A stretch of 64,000 nt of DNA from the IMG/VR virus record IMGVR_UViG_3300048032_000927, positions 51,246 through 115,245 of that record, one strand, 5' to 3'. Within the stretch, counting starts at the first letter, position 1, and each line of letters opens with the position of its first letter. The notes beneath the pieces are model-generated. The model saw only the letters and a program-made list of their open reading frames with translations. It was not told where the DNA came from and did no database searches. Of the stretch, positions 19,085-29,185 are shown in pieces. Position numbers and translations under genes: made by a program. The DNA comes from a virus.

Positions 19085-19618
19085 TTGGACGGATATAAAC
19101 AGAAATTAATCAGGAAATTAAAGACTCGTTGCTCTGAATTAAACGAAGAGCTCTGCGAGGTAGAATCTTTGTTTAATCAGGCCGTACCTCTTTTTTGCGC
19201 TGCAGTAGATAACTTCTGCAAATCTAATGATTTAGAAAACCCGTTAAATTCATTAAAAGATGATAAAGAAGAGGAAAAAATACAATTTTCTTCTAATTTT
19301 AAATCTGTTTATCGTAAAATAGCAATCGAAACCCACCCGGACAAAGGTATTGAAGATGATAAAAAACTAGAATTATACCATGATGCCACAGATGCAAAAA
19401 AAAATCAACAAATTGATAAAATTATCAGTATAGCAAAAGACTTAAAAATAGACATTTATGACTTTAGTTTCGAGGATATAAAGTTGATCGAGCAATCTAT
19501 GTCTGATACAGAAGAAAAAATTAACAAAATACGCTCAAGCTACCCGTGGGCCTGGTTCTTTTCTAATGTAAAAAAAAGAGATGATATTATATCTGGGTTC
19601 GTGCTTAATAAAGTGTAA
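19085..19618 (+). CDS. J-domain (DnaJ-like) co-chaperone protein
   Basis: VYRKIAIETHPDK (HPD motif); TTG start. Confidence 0.75.
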   Translation: MDGYKQKLIRKLKTRCSELNEELCEVESLFNQAVPLFCAAVDNFCKSNDLENPLNSLKDDKEEEKIQFSSNFKSVYRKIAIETHPDKGIEDDKKLELYHDATDAKKNQQIDKIISIAKDLKIDIYDFSFEDIKLIEQSMSDTEEKINKIRSSYPWAWFFSNVKKRDDIISGFVLNKV

Positions 19619-19621
19619 TAC
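19613..19621 (+). promoter_or_regulatory. Class II motif overlapping upstream stop codon
   Basis: GTGTAATAC, 16 nt before ATG 19629; heads the second glyco block. Confidence 0.5.
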
Positions 19622-19736
19622 ATAATTTATGGACTGTAGCCTTATAATTTGTATCTTTTTTAATCTTTTTTTTTAATCTACTTATGAATCTTAAGGTATA
19701 TGGAGTATTGCGTAATCACTTGGTTTAAGGAAATAA

Positions 19737-19829
19737 ATGGCCCGTTTAATTATAAAGAGGACTGCTACTTTGATAGTAAAGAAGCTATCTCGTCTTTTGG
19801 TTAAAGAGGTGCCTGCTCCACCTACGTAA
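19737..19829 (+). CDS. 30-aa basic peptide (below ORF-track cutoff)
   Basis: MARLIIKRTATLIVKKLSRLLVKEVPAPPT; AAGGA upstream; stop 4 nt before next ATG. Confidence 0.45.
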   Translation: MARLIIKRTATLIVKKLSRLLVKEVPAPPT

Positions 19830-19833
19830 TTTT

Positions 19834-20475
19834 ATGATAAATTTAGTAAAGCAAGCCATAAATAAAGCAAAATGTGTATATGAAAATAAAAGCATACAAA
19901 TACTCGAATACCTCGATAAAGAAATCAAATACGAACAATCTTTAAAATATTATACAGACCAGAATCACATAAATAAATTAACAATGGAATACGAAGCTTA
20001 TCCTTTTAACGAATCAATTCATAGTCTTAGCTGTATGCCCGAGCCAGCTATAGAAGAAATTATCAGGGTTAATAAACGAATCACAGAACATACTTGGGGC
20101 GTTATATTAGAATCAGATAAAATTTCCGATTTAAATGTTTATATTGCGCAAATGAATAAAGTTCAAATTAATGCAAGACAAGCTAATTTTTTTGTTGTTA
20201 CAGATTCAGAAGAAGTATTATTAAAATTACATGATATATTCAACTGGATGAATAAAGTTTTTTATATTGTACCCAATACATACAATAGTAATATAGAAGA
20301 AGAATACAGAGCAAGTATTAATTTTCATTGCTTGAAACATCTAGACAAGCATATCTCTACCCCAAACTCTACATACATGAATATGTTAAAGCAAATTGGA
20401 GGTAAACAGGTTACAGTCCCAAGCCTTAGTAGAGTATTTTGTTTTAACGCCAAAAGATTAGTGCCAGAAGAATGA
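19834..20475 (+). CDS. Degenerate fucosyltransferase-like protein
   Basis: FFVVTDS and STPNSTY resemble the C-terminal motifs of GT11/GT23; lacks the GVHxR motif. Confidence 0.4.
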   Translation: MINLVKQAINKAKCVYENKSIQILEYLDKEIKYEQSLKYYTDQNHINKLTMEYEAYPFNESIHSLSCMPEPAIEEIIRVNKRITEHTWGVILESDKISDLNVYIAQMNKVQINARQANFFVVTDSEEVLLKLHDIFNWMNKVFYIVPNTYNSNIEEEYRASINFHCLKHLDKHISTPNSTYMNMLKQIGGKQVTVPSLSRVFCFNAKRLVPEE

Positions 20476-21401
20476 AAAGAATATCGTACATAGTTTGCTC
20501 TCGTAATGATAATTATAACGGCGATTCTGTGGGCAGATGCATCAACACGGTTAATCACGCTTGTGAAATTATCAAAAAAAATAATGTAGAAGATGAATCT
20601 GAAGTTTTGCTTATTGACTGGTGTTCAAGAAATGTGCCAATGAAAGATGCTATCACTAGCGGATTGGTTCCAGAAACTCAAGGCTTGCTTAAAATTGTGA
20701 CCGTTCCACCTGATATAGCGGACAAGCATCAAGGCGACTCACCATTCTCTGAGGTTCATGCCATGAATGTAGGTTTCCGCCAGATGGAAGGTAAACATTT
20801 TGCTCGCATCGATCAAGATACATTAATAGGTCAGCGTTTCATGGATTGGTTTCATCATGAATTTGAAGTTAAAGATTATGGTTGGCCGTGGCCCCGTGCA
20901 TCTTTCTGCAGCCGCCGAAATTTAGATGAATCACAGTCCCATCATTCTGTTTTTCGTGATTTTATATATGACCAACAACTTTCTTACAAGGTTGAGATTT
21001 GTCACGAGCACAATCATTACAGTCGATTGATGCCAAATAAGCAGGTCTTTCCTTTTTACGGTGGAGCAGTTGGCGTCATGATGGTTGAAAGAGAGTGTTA
21101 TCTAGAGCATAAAGGCTTCAACGAGCAACTTGTATACATGAACAGTATGGATACCGAATTCATGAACAGGATTGCTGCAAAAGAAGATATCTACAATCTA
21201 TGTCTAGCGATTGATGCAGATTTCTATCATCAATTTCATGGTCGTGATGATGGCGCGTCAAATGATACTACTCAGCCACACGCACAACAAGAAGGTGCTA
21301 GGAAAACTAATTCTTTAGACATTAGAAACAAGTTACTAGATAACCCCAACCCAGATAATTGGGGTTTGCTTGACGAAGACTTGGAGGTTACAGCCTTATG
21401 A
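20472..21401 (+). CDS. GT-A fold glycosyltransferase (GT2/GT7-like)
   Basis: RNDNYNG, LIDW, MNVG, IDQD, GFNE...DTEF, YHQFH. Confidence 0.65.
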   Translation: MKRISYIVCSRNDNYNGDSVGRCINTVNHACEIIKKNNVEDESEVLLIDWCSRNVPMKDAITSGLVPETQGLLKIVTVPPDIADKHQGDSPFSEVHAMNVGFRQMEGKHFARIDQDTLIGQRFMDWFHHEFEVKDYGWPWPRASFCSRRNLDESQSHHSVFRDFIYDQQLSYKVEICHEHNHYSRLMPNKQVFPFYGGAVGVMMVERECYLEHKGFNEQLVYMNSMDTEFMNRIAAKEDIYNLCLAIDADFYHQFHGRDDGASNDTTQPHAQQEGARKTNSLDIRNKLLDNPNPDNWGLLDEDLEVTAL

Positions 21402-22249
21402 GTAATGTTATTTATGTAATTAACGATTTACCAAAGGACACTGACTTTGCGAATCCTGGCTATAAAGACATGGCATGGGTTCCTCATTGCCTTGGATCTA
21501 TTGAAAAGTATGCAGAGAAAATTGGTTGCGATTTAAAGACTATATCAATGTCAGACTTTCCTGGCTATCAAGATATACATCAATATACGTTTAGTCATTA
21601 CCAGAAGAGTACGTTTGTTAAGGTTCTGTTTTTGCATGAGTTCCTAAAGACTGATTATGATAAATTCGCATTGCTTGATCTTGATATGGTTGTAAGCAAA
21701 ACTGCCCCCGACATTTTTGAGTATCACAAAGATGATGAATTCATGATGCAGTATGGTTTTAACGAAGCAGTAGTCAAAAAGAATGAAGTATTTTTAAAAG
21801 AATATTTAAAGGCTATCCCTCAAGACGAAGACGTCTACTGGTTTAATGAAAAAAGCCAACGCAATATACCTAAGTATAATTTAAACTTAGGCTGCTACAT
21901 TATGAGCCGCAAGATTGTATCCGAGATGGTTGAGGTATTACCAGACCAATATTCTATCGTAGATTTCCTAAAAGAGCATAACTTAATTGATAACCCAGTT
22001 TTGGAAATACTTGGGGAGCGCAAAGATTTCATTGATCAAGACATGTACGGCTATGCATATGCCAAAACAACCGTTACCGATTATCATAAACCTCTTCAAT
22101 GGGTGTGGAATGCGAACTATCAGGCTTGCTTCCAAAAAGGTAAAGATAATAAAGATTTTTACTTATGCCATCTTTGCGGTGAAGACGGAAAGGAGTTCTT
22201 GCTAGACAATTTAAATAACCCCGAAGTCATGGAGAAAATCGATGTATAG
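21398..22249 (+). CDS. GT-A fold glycosyltransferase (GT8/GT34-like)
   Basis: YAEKIGCD, LDLDM, NLG, DQD, WN, HLCG. Confidence 0.65.
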   Translation: MSNVIYVINDLPKDTDFANPGYKDMAWVPHCLGSIEKYAEKIGCDLKTISMSDFPGYQDIHQYTFSHYQKSTFVKVLFLHEFLKTDYDKFALLDLDMVVSKTAPDIFEYHKDDEFMMQYGFNEAVVKKNEVFLKEYLKAIPQDEDVYWFNEKSQRNIPKYNLNLGCYIMSRKIVSEMVEVLPDQYSIVDFLKEHNLIDNPVLEILGERKDFIDQDMYGYAYAKTTVTDYHKPLQWVWNANYQACFQKGKDNKDFYLCHLCGEDGKEFLLDNLNNPEVMEKIDV

Positions 22250-22928
22250 CCACGATCATAAATTCATTTACGTTCATATCCCAAAATCGGGTGGCACATT
22301 TATTAAGCATTATCTTTTATCAAACATAGAGCCTGATTACGAGAATAATCAAAATCAGCAGGACTATGATGATAAATATAAAACTACATGCGAAAGAGCC
22401 ATTAATGGAATACTTTGGGAGGTTCCTGATTACAAAGATTATTTTAAATTTACTGTAGTTCGCAATCCTTTTGACCGCGTAGTCTCCATGTTTTCATATC
22501 TTGGCGGCTGGAAATATGATTATTTTGTAGAGAATAATATCGACTCTCCTAAAATGCCTTATGTGCAAAAGTTTCATGATTTTTATATCAGAGACGACTT
22601 TGACGGTTTTATTGATTACGCTTACGAACAAAAAGCCATTAAAGAGTTTCACGCGGGATATTATGAAACTAACTTAAACAGGGTAACAGTTAGAGGTAGA
22701 GTGGAAATAGATAAATTTTTTAAAGTGGAAGACATGCAAAAGTGCTTATTCCAGTTGCAAATGAAACTTGGCTTTGAAAGCCGAAAGGGATTTGATGACT
22801 GGCGAAAGAATAGTAGCGCAGAGTATAAAAAGAAACAAGACTACAAAGATTATTATTCAACATACAGCAAAGACTATATAGAAAAACATTTTGCAGAAGA
22901 TTTAATTTATTTTAATTATGGATTCTAA
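22242..22928 (+). CDS. Sulfotransferase (Sulfotransfer_2)
   Basis: HIPKSGGT (5'-PSB), VRNPFDRVVS (3'-PB), D...FNY. Confidence 0.85.
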   Translation: MYSHDHKFIYVHIPKSGGTFIKHYLLSNIEPDYENNQNQQDYDDKYKTTCERAINGILWEVPDYKDYFKFTVVRNPFDRVVSMFSYLGGWKYDYFVENNIDSPKMPYVQKFHDFYIRDDFDGFIDYAYEQKAIKEFHAGYYETNLNRVTVRGRVEIDKFFKVEDMQKCLFQLQMKLGFESRKGFDDWRKNSSAEYKKKQDYKDYYSTYSKDYIEKHFAEDLIYFNYGF

Positions 22929-23718
22929 ATTTGTAGTTTTCGGTCAAGAAAGGGCAGGAACCACAAGTTTAATTGCCGCTCTTAACAAGAATGATCGGAT
23001 TGTTCATGAGCCGCTATCTTCTTTGACTGGCGATCTTGAGCATAACTCACGGTACGCTAAGATTATTGAAGAACATGGAATGAATCCAGAATATTTACCA
23101 AAGTCAGACCATATACCGTATTTCAATAAATTTAATAATATATCGGAAGACAAAGATAAGCTTTGGGATTTTTTAGATGATTTATTTAAAACTTTTGATG
23201 GAGTTAAACATGTCTGGTGTACAGTTTCAGAAGTAGGTAACGAAAACTTTATATATTACTGCGCGGCACACGGCATAAAAATTATATACCAATATAGAGA
23301 AAGTGCATTTTATCCTGCAGTTTCGTGGCAGCTTGCTAACCAAGTTCAAGTTTGGCAGCTGGGCGAACAAAAAGAGCACAAAGAAAAAGTTGACTCATTC
23401 AACTACCAAGAATTAGAAGAGCCACCTATACAAAGAAGAATTAAATGGTATAAAAAATACTTACCACATTATCATGGGCTACTTCCTCCTGATGCCTACA
23501 TCTCTAAATACGAAGATCTTTACGGCTTAGAAACTTATCAACAAAGGCTTGCTCAATTTGATAATATAGCCGCATATCTTGATATAGAGGTTGATTATAA
23601 TAATGTTGAGAATTTCTTGGGTACAGACAGAAGAGTATTTGGTAAAAAAGCATATAAAAAAATACCAAACTATCAAGAAATGTTTGATAAATATGGAGAT
23701 GAGAAGATTATATTGTGA
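22918..23718 (+). CDS. Sulfotransferase (Stf0/Sulfotransfer_1-like)
   Basis: GQERAGTT, HEP, R...AVS, YEDL. Confidence 0.7.
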   Translation: MDSKFVVFGQERAGTTSLIAALNKNDRIVHEPLSSLTGDLEHNSRYAKIIEEHGMNPEYLPKSDHIPYFNKFNNISEDKDKLWDFLDDLFKTFDGVKHVWCTVSEVGNENFIYYCAAHGIKIIYQYRESAFYPAVSWQLANQVQVWQLGEQKEHKEKVDSFNYQELEEPPIQRRIKWYKKYLPHYHGLLPPDAYISKYEDLYGLETYQQRLAQFDNIAAYLDIEVDYNNVENFLGTDRRVFGKKAYKKIPNYQEMFDKYGDEKIIL

Positions 23719-24602
23719 ACGATTATTATTATTTTTCTCGTGATACTGGCTGGGGCGATACTTTGTGGCATCTCACAAATGCCTTAATGTATTGTGAGCA
23801 GAATAACAAAGGTATGCTTATTGATATGCGCGGGCATTGGGCCAGCAAAGGTGATAGTAATTTGTTCACCGAATACTTTCACCATATTGATACAGACATC
23901 GAAGTCATCATAAATGAAGAATACATAGACCAACTCAAAAAAGATGCCGAAAAACATTCTGACTCTAGATTAGTAATAAAAAACCCACTTAAATCTAAAG
24001 AAGAGTCTAAAAAATTTTATGATACATTTGATCGAATCAGCGTTCACGGAACTATCGCCAAAGAAATAGATGAGATACGTGAAAAATATTTTGCCGCGAA
24101 TTATATAGTTGGAGTTCATGCCAGAACATCAAACGGAGAAGTTTTGCCGCTAAGAACCGGAAACTCAAATCGTTTTCAGGGAGAAAGAAATGCAATACAA
24201 ACTATTTTTGATATTTACAAAGAGAAAATAGATCAGGTATTATTTGATGATCCTCGTGCATTTTTAAAAGCTTGTGATAATTATAAATTTTTTGTGGCCA
24301 CAGATTCAAAGCAGTTTGTTGATTTGTTTGAAAAAGAATACGGTAATACAATCGTAACCGAAAGGTATTTTGCCCCTCCAGGTTGTGGCACTGGCCACGA
24401 AAAAGGCGAACAATCCACAGAGATACAAATTCAGATGGAAGAAAAATATGGACGCATAAACATAGCTAAAGAAGCTTTGGTTGACTTTTACTTATTACAG
24501 TATACAAATTTTTTATTTAAAAACTTTAGCAGGTTTAATGAATTTTGTTTGTACAAAGGAATACCAAATTTTCACATTAATTTTCAGGAGAAGTGTTATT
24601 AA
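23715..24602 (+). CDS. NodZ-like fucosyltransferase
   Basis: TGWGD, VGVHARTSNGE, FVATDS, ALVDFYLL, SRF. Confidence 0.75.
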   Translation: MNDYYYFSRDTGWGDTLWHLTNALMYCEQNNKGMLIDMRGHWASKGDSNLFTEYFHHIDTDIEVIINEEYIDQLKKDAEKHSDSRLVIKNPLKSKEESKKFYDTFDRISVHGTIAKEIDEIREKYFAANYIVGVHARTSNGEVLPLRTGNSNRFQGERNAIQTIFDIYKEKIDQVLFDDPRAFLKACDNYKFFVATDSKQFVDLFEKEYGNTIVTERYFAPPGCGTGHEKGEQSTEIQIQMEEKYGRINIAKEALVDFYLLQYTNFLFKNFSRFNEFCLYKGIPNFHINFQEKCY

Positions 24603-25247
24603 ATGATTGGTCACAAAAATAAATGCATATTTATACATATTCCTAAAGCCGCAGGAACTTCTGTGGAGAACTTCTTAAGGCAAATCGACCCAGAGATACC
24701 ATCAAAGGTTTTAAGAAAGAGAGGTTTTAGTAAATTTTTCAACGATCATTTAGATTACTATGTTTTTTCTTTTGTTCGCAACCCATATAATCGTTTTGTT
24801 TCTGCATGGAAGTGGGGCGAACTACAGTATCGAGTACATCCAGACATAAAATTTTATCAAAAAAAGAGGTCTGTATCTTTTGACGAGTATGTCCAATTAA
24901 CCGTAGATGATGAATATAGAATGTTCAATAAAGACCTTTGGAGTGAGTATGACAGTTATCATACCTTGCCTCAGTTTGAGTTTTTTCCTCACTTAAATGG
25001 TGGCCACTATTTTACAGATAAAATTAACCCTGATTTTACTTGTAATTTTATTGGTAGGTTTGAGAACTTGCACGAAGATTTCAATAAAGTTTGCACTAAT
25101 ATAGGCATAAAGGAATTAAAACTTCCACATGCATATAATTCAAAAAACTTTAAGGAAGAATTTGAATGGAGCGACTTATCAAGAGACAAAATATATAACT
25201 ACTACAAAAAAGACTTTGAATTATTTTATTCAGATATAGATAAGTAA
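24603..25247 (+). CDS. Sulfotransferase (Sulfotransfer_2)
   Basis: HIPKAAGTS, VRNPYNRFVS, IGRFENL. Confidence 0.88.
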   Translation: MIGHKNKCIFIHIPKAAGTSVENFLRQIDPEIPSKVLRKRGFSKFFNDHLDYYVFSFVRNPYNRFVSAWKWGELQYRVHPDIKFYQKKRSVSFDEYVQLTVDDEYRMFNKDLWSEYDSYHTLPQFEFFPHLNGGHYFTDKINPDFTCNFIGRFENLHEDFNKVCTNIGIKELKLPHAYNSKNFKEEFEWSDLSRDKIYNYYKKDFELFYSDIDK

Positions 25248-25249
25248 AA

Positions 25250-26026
25250 ATGAAAATTACTAATTATAGCAAGCATGGTCTTTTTGGTTCCACAATGAAT
25301 TGGATTAATGCAAGGCTACCTTATTTATATAAAAATCAAATTTACCCAGAATGGGACATAAAAAATCTTAATCACGGCAATCCGTTGGATCAGGATAGGA
25401 TTATTCCATATATTATCAGTCCTAAAAAACAAAACCCCTCAACCGGTGAAACTATTGAGTTAACAGATATAGATAGATATACTTATACGGATTTTAAAGA
25501 GGCTAGTTTTTACTTTAACCATTATTTTGAATTCAGCAAAGAGATTATTGATTTATCTAACACCATATCAAAAGATTTTAAAAATTGCCTCGGCGTACAT
25601 TTAAGGGGTTATGATAAATTAAGAGTTAACGATAAAGAAAACATCCCCATAAGCAATAAAGAGTATATAAAAAAAATACTTAATCTTTCCAAAACTAAAT
25701 CATTTCAAAGTGTTTTTATTTTGTCTGATGATGCTAAACTAAAATCTTTCTTGGCTCGAGAAATTTCCATTAACTTTAAGGCGCCAATCCATCAAACTCC
25801 TTTTAAAACAATTTATCATATTGATCAAAAGAATAGATCAGACAAACTTGAATTAACAAAAGAATCTGTGGCTGAAATGTTAGCATTGTCAAAATGTAAA
25901 TTTGCTATAAAAAATCATTCTGCTTTTTCTAGTTGGGCGAAAATAATTAATCCTTCTATTGATATGTATCGAGTTACGCAATGTAAGCAAAAATGGTTCC
26001 CTGATTACTATCTACCCGAATTATGA
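25250..26026 (+). CDS. NodZ/O-fucosyltransferase-like protein
   Basis: GLFG, LGVHLRGYDK, FILSDD, LSKC, SAFS. Confidence 0.7.
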   Translation: MKITNYSKHGLFGSTMNWINARLPYLYKNQIYPEWDIKNLNHGNPLDQDRIIPYIISPKKQNPSTGETIELTDIDRYTYTDFKEASFYFNHYFEFSKEIIDLSNTISKDFKNCLGVHLRGYDKLRVNDKENIPISNKEYIKKILNLSKTKSFQSVFILSDDAKLKSFLAREISINFKAPIHQTPFKTIYHIDQKNRSDKLELTKESVAEMLALSKCKFAIKNHSAFSSWAKIINPSIDMYRVTQCKQKWFPDYYLPEL

Positions 26027-26655
26027 TTAGCCACAAACATAAATATATTTTTGTTCACACCCCCAAGTGCGCAGGAACTTCGATAGAGAAGGTCTTACTT
26101 GATTATGAAGGCGTTAACATAGATGCTGACGATAAATTTTATTTAAATTCCATACCTGAGTCAATTAAGAAGAAATATTTACTAGACTACCCACTACACT
26201 CTTACAGTCAACATTTTTATCTTGATCAATATAATCAAAGCTTAGCTAGCTCTTACTATTGCTTTACTTTTGTTAGAAACCCATGGGACTTAATGGTTAG
26301 TGAATATTTTTATATTTTAAACAACTACGAAATAAATTTATCTTTTGAAGATTTTATTAAAATAGGGGACGGACTGAAAGAAGTTAAAGGGTTTACATGG
26401 TTTGTCGAAAGAGGTCACCATCTGCTGCCTCAAGTTAATTTCTTAAATAAAAATATGAATTTTATTGGAAAATTCGAAAACCTACAAGATGATTTCAATG
26501 TTGTTTGCGATTCTATAAAAATATCAAGAATTGACCTTCCGTATTACAACTCCACAAAGCATAACCACTATACTAGATATTATAATAACTTAACTCGTGA
26601 TATTATCGCAAAACGATACAAAGAAGATATTGAGTATTTTAATTTTAAATTTTAA
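26023..26655 (+). CDS. Sulfotransferase (Sulfotransfer_2)
   Basis: HTPKCAGTS, VRNPWDLMVS, IGKFENL. Confidence 0.88.
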   Translation: MISHKHKYIFVHTPKCAGTSIEKVLLDYEGVNIDADDKFYLNSIPESIKKKYLLDYPLHSYSQHFYLDQYNQSLASSYYCFTFVRNPWDLMVSEYFYILNNYEINLSFEDFIKIGDGLKEVKGFTWFVERGHHLLPQVNFLNKNMNFIGKFENLQDDFNVVCDSIKISRIDLPYYNSTKHNHYTRYYNNLTRDIIAKRYKEDIEYFNFKF

Positions 26656-26666
26656 ATATAATTAAC

Positions 26667-27182
26667 ATGCCAACATTTGGTAGATTTTCATATGGAAAGC
26701 CTAGGCTTTTTTGGGATAACGATGATGCAGACCTCATTGTTGGTAACTTTTGCTCGATTGCTCAAGGTTGTAGTGTTTTTTTGGGAGGTAATCACAGAAC
26801 TGATTGGGTAACTACTTTTCCATTCGGCCATGTCAACAAACATAAATTTAATAACTTTAATGGGTTAGGTCACCCAGCAACAAATGGCAATGTTGTAATA
26901 GGGCATGATGTATGGATTGGAGGTAATGTTACAATCATGTCTGGTGTATCTATTGGTTCTGGGGCTGTCATAGCGAATAATAGTCATGTTGTTAAAGATG
27001 TAGATGCATATAGTATTTCAGGGGGAAATCCGGCCAAACATATAAAATTTAGATTTAATCAGGATCAAATTAGTGCATTACTATTAATTCAGTGGTGGCA
27101 CTGGCCTGAAGAAAAAATTAATAAAAATCTACCCTTATTATGTGACTCCAACATAGACAAGTTTATTGATATCCACGTTTAA
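26667..27182 (+). CDS. Hexapeptide-repeat O-acetyltransferase (CatB/Vat-like)
   Basis: GNFCSIA, GGNH, IGHDVWIG, GGNPAK, WWHW. Confidence 0.9.
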   Translation: MPTFGRFSYGKPRLFWDNDDADLIVGNFCSIAQGCSVFLGGNHRTDWVTTFPFGHVNKHKFNNFNGLGHPATNGNVVIGHDVWIGGNVTIMSGVSIGSGAVIANNSHVVKDVDAYSISGGNPAKHIKFRFNQDQISALLLIQWWHWPEEKINKNLPLLCDSNIDKFIDIHV

Positions 27183-27192
27183 AATTTATATC

Positions 27193-27810
27193 ATGAAATA
27201 CGAAACATATATCTTATCTCTACTAACCCCAGAAAGATTAGAGTACATAAATAAAACACGCAAGCTTTTTCCTTTTGTTAAAATTTTTAATTCTGTCAAT
27301 GGTTACAATAAAGAAGAAACAATAAAAGAATTCTTGGACCTAAATCTTAATTTCCATAATTTAAAAATAGGCCCAAAAAATAATTTTAATAATTACGGAA
27401 CTCTTGCATGTTGGATCACTAAAGTTAAGTTTCTTAAGCTTCAAGTCTCAAACGAAATTCCTTATGCACTTTTTCTCGAAGATGATGCTAAACTTTTACC
27501 CGGGTTTTTTGATGCACTTGACGATCAAATGAAAGATAAATGGAAAACGCTTGATCAAGAAGTAAATGTAATCAGGCTATTTCAATGGGGGGAAGGCTAC
27601 ATAACATCTTTATCAAGCGCTCGCAGGCTGCTTGACACAATTAAACAAGCAGGGGTTATTGACAACATTGATAACCAACTTAGAGAAAGATCTGGGCCAG
27701 AACTGAAGCTTAACTTTAACAATTTTTACAGAAAATGGGTAAAAACAAATGAGGGCGATATATTAAAAACAGAGCCACTTGATAAATATTTTTTTGATTC
27801 AATACAATGA
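27193..27810 (+). CDS. GT25-like glycosyltransferase
   Basis: PERL, NSVNG, GTLACW, LEDDA, YI...AR, ID. Confidence 0.7.
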   Translation: MKYETYILSLLTPERLEYINKTRKLFPFVKIFNSVNGYNKEETIKEFLDLNLNFHNLKIGPKNNFNNYGTLACWITKVKFLKLQVSNEIPYALFLEDDAKLLPGFFDALDDQMKDKWKTLDQEVNVIRLFQWGEGYITSLSSARRLLDTIKQAGVIDNIDNQLRERSGPELKLNFNNFYRKWVKTNEGDILKTEPLDKYFFDSIQ

Positions 27811-28442
27811 GTTCTGTCGCTGTAATATCTTTTGAATGTCCTCCGGCGGATTACTCTAAAATTTCTTTTCCTAATAAAAGTAGGTATTGCGCTATCCACG
27901 GTTATGACTTTCACTCCTTTTCTAATAAAATTTCTTCAAGACCTGCTTCTTGGATCAAGATTTTATATATACAGCAAATCTTAAATAATTACGACTGGGT
28001 CCTCTGGTCTGATGCTGACAGTTATGTGGTTGATGGTAGCAGAAAGGTTGAAGATTTTATAGACGACTCAAAGGATTTAATCTTATGTGAAGATGATGTT
28101 GGTATTAATTTTGGCGTGTTTTTAATAAAGAATAGCGAATGGTCCAAGTGGCTTCTTAATGAAATTTGGGACTTTAAAAAATACGGAAACAATGTCTTGG
28201 GAACAACTACACATTTCGTCCCAAGAACACAAAAACATGCTACCTATAACACATGGGAACAAACAAATCTTCATTCCATAGTAGGCCTTCATGGTGAAAA
28301 CTTTCCAGGAAACATTTTATGTTTACCAGAGAAAGGTGATCATTTTAATGTAAGGCCAGACCTTGCCACAAAACAGTCTTTTATAGTTCACCATAAGGGA
28401 GGATGGAGAAAGCACAAAGATTTTTTAAAATATATATTATGA
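27807..28442 (+). CDS. GT34-like (galactosyl/xylosyl) transferase
   Basis: YCAIHGY, SWIKI, WSDAD, INFGVFLIKN, WEQ. Confidence 0.8.
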   Translation: MSSVAVISFECPPADYSKISFPNKSRYCAIHGYDFHSFSNKISSRPASWIKILYIQQILNNYDWVLWSDADSYVVDGSRKVEDFIDDSKDLILCEDDVGINFGVFLIKNSEWSKWLLNEIWDFKKYGNNVLGTTTHFVPRTQKHATYNTWEQTNLHSIVGLHGENFPGNILCLPEKGDHFNVRPDLATKQSFIVHHKGGWRKHKDFLKYIL

Positions 28443-29185
28443 GCTTGAAAATTATATCTTTCTGCAATTACCCCTATAGAGAAATAGCTCTCAACTGGGT
28501 TAAACATCTCGAGGAACTATCTATAGATAATTATGAGGTTTTATGCCTTGATCCTGAATCAGATGAATATCTAAAATCTCACCGATGCCACTCAAGAGTT
28601 CTTGATGAATTTAATGATGACTGGATTTCTGGATGTAAGCATACTATGCGCAGGACATTTATTTTTAAAAAATATTTAGAAGAAGGTTTTGATATAATCC
28701 ATTCCGATACTGATGCTCTTTGGTTTAAAAACCCAATACCTGAATTAATCGAACCAAACACTCAAGATATCATCGTCTCTACGGTTCGCCATAAAGAAGC
28801 ATTTCCACCAGAAGTTCGCAAAGCCTTTGGATTTACATGCTGTATGGGCTGGATTTTCTTCCGTAGTAATGACAGGACAATAAGTTATCTAGACAGATTT
28901 CTTAATACTAGGGAAATAAAAGGCTCTGATCAGAAAAATTTTAATCAATTTTTATTAAAAAATGCACCAACTTCTAAACCGCACCAATTTGGTGATGAGT
29001 TAACGATAGATAATACTGCCGACCAAGATTATAATTACAACGAGCTCTCCTTACTAGCTTTAAGTAAACCTCTAGTAAAGCGAGGTCCTATAGAAAACGA
29101 AACATATGTATGGCATCCAAATACAAGAAAAGAGGCTGAGCACAAAAAACAATCATTCATTGACAGAGGCAAATGGAAAATTTAA
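28439..29185 (+). CDS. GT77-like nucleotide-diphospho-sugar transferase
   Basis: LNW, SDTDALWFKNP, CMGWIFFR, DQ, WHPN. Confidence 0.75.
   Translation: MSLKIISFCNYPYREIALNWVKHLEELSIDNYEVLCLDPESDEYLKSHRCHSRVLDEFNDDWISGCKHTMRRTFIFKKYLEEGFDIIHSDTDALWFKNPIPELIEPNTQDIIVSTVRHKEAFPPEVRKAFGFTCCMGWIFFRSNDRTISYLDRFLNTREIKGSDQKNFNQFLLKNAPTSKPHQFGDELTIDNTADQDYNYNELSLLALSKPLVKRGPIENETYVWHPNTRKEAEHKKQSFIDRGKWKI

Noticed and set aside
26667-27182. CatB/Vat-like gene as antibiotic resistance
   Set aside because: Context within the glycan cluster favours a sugar O-acetyltransferase
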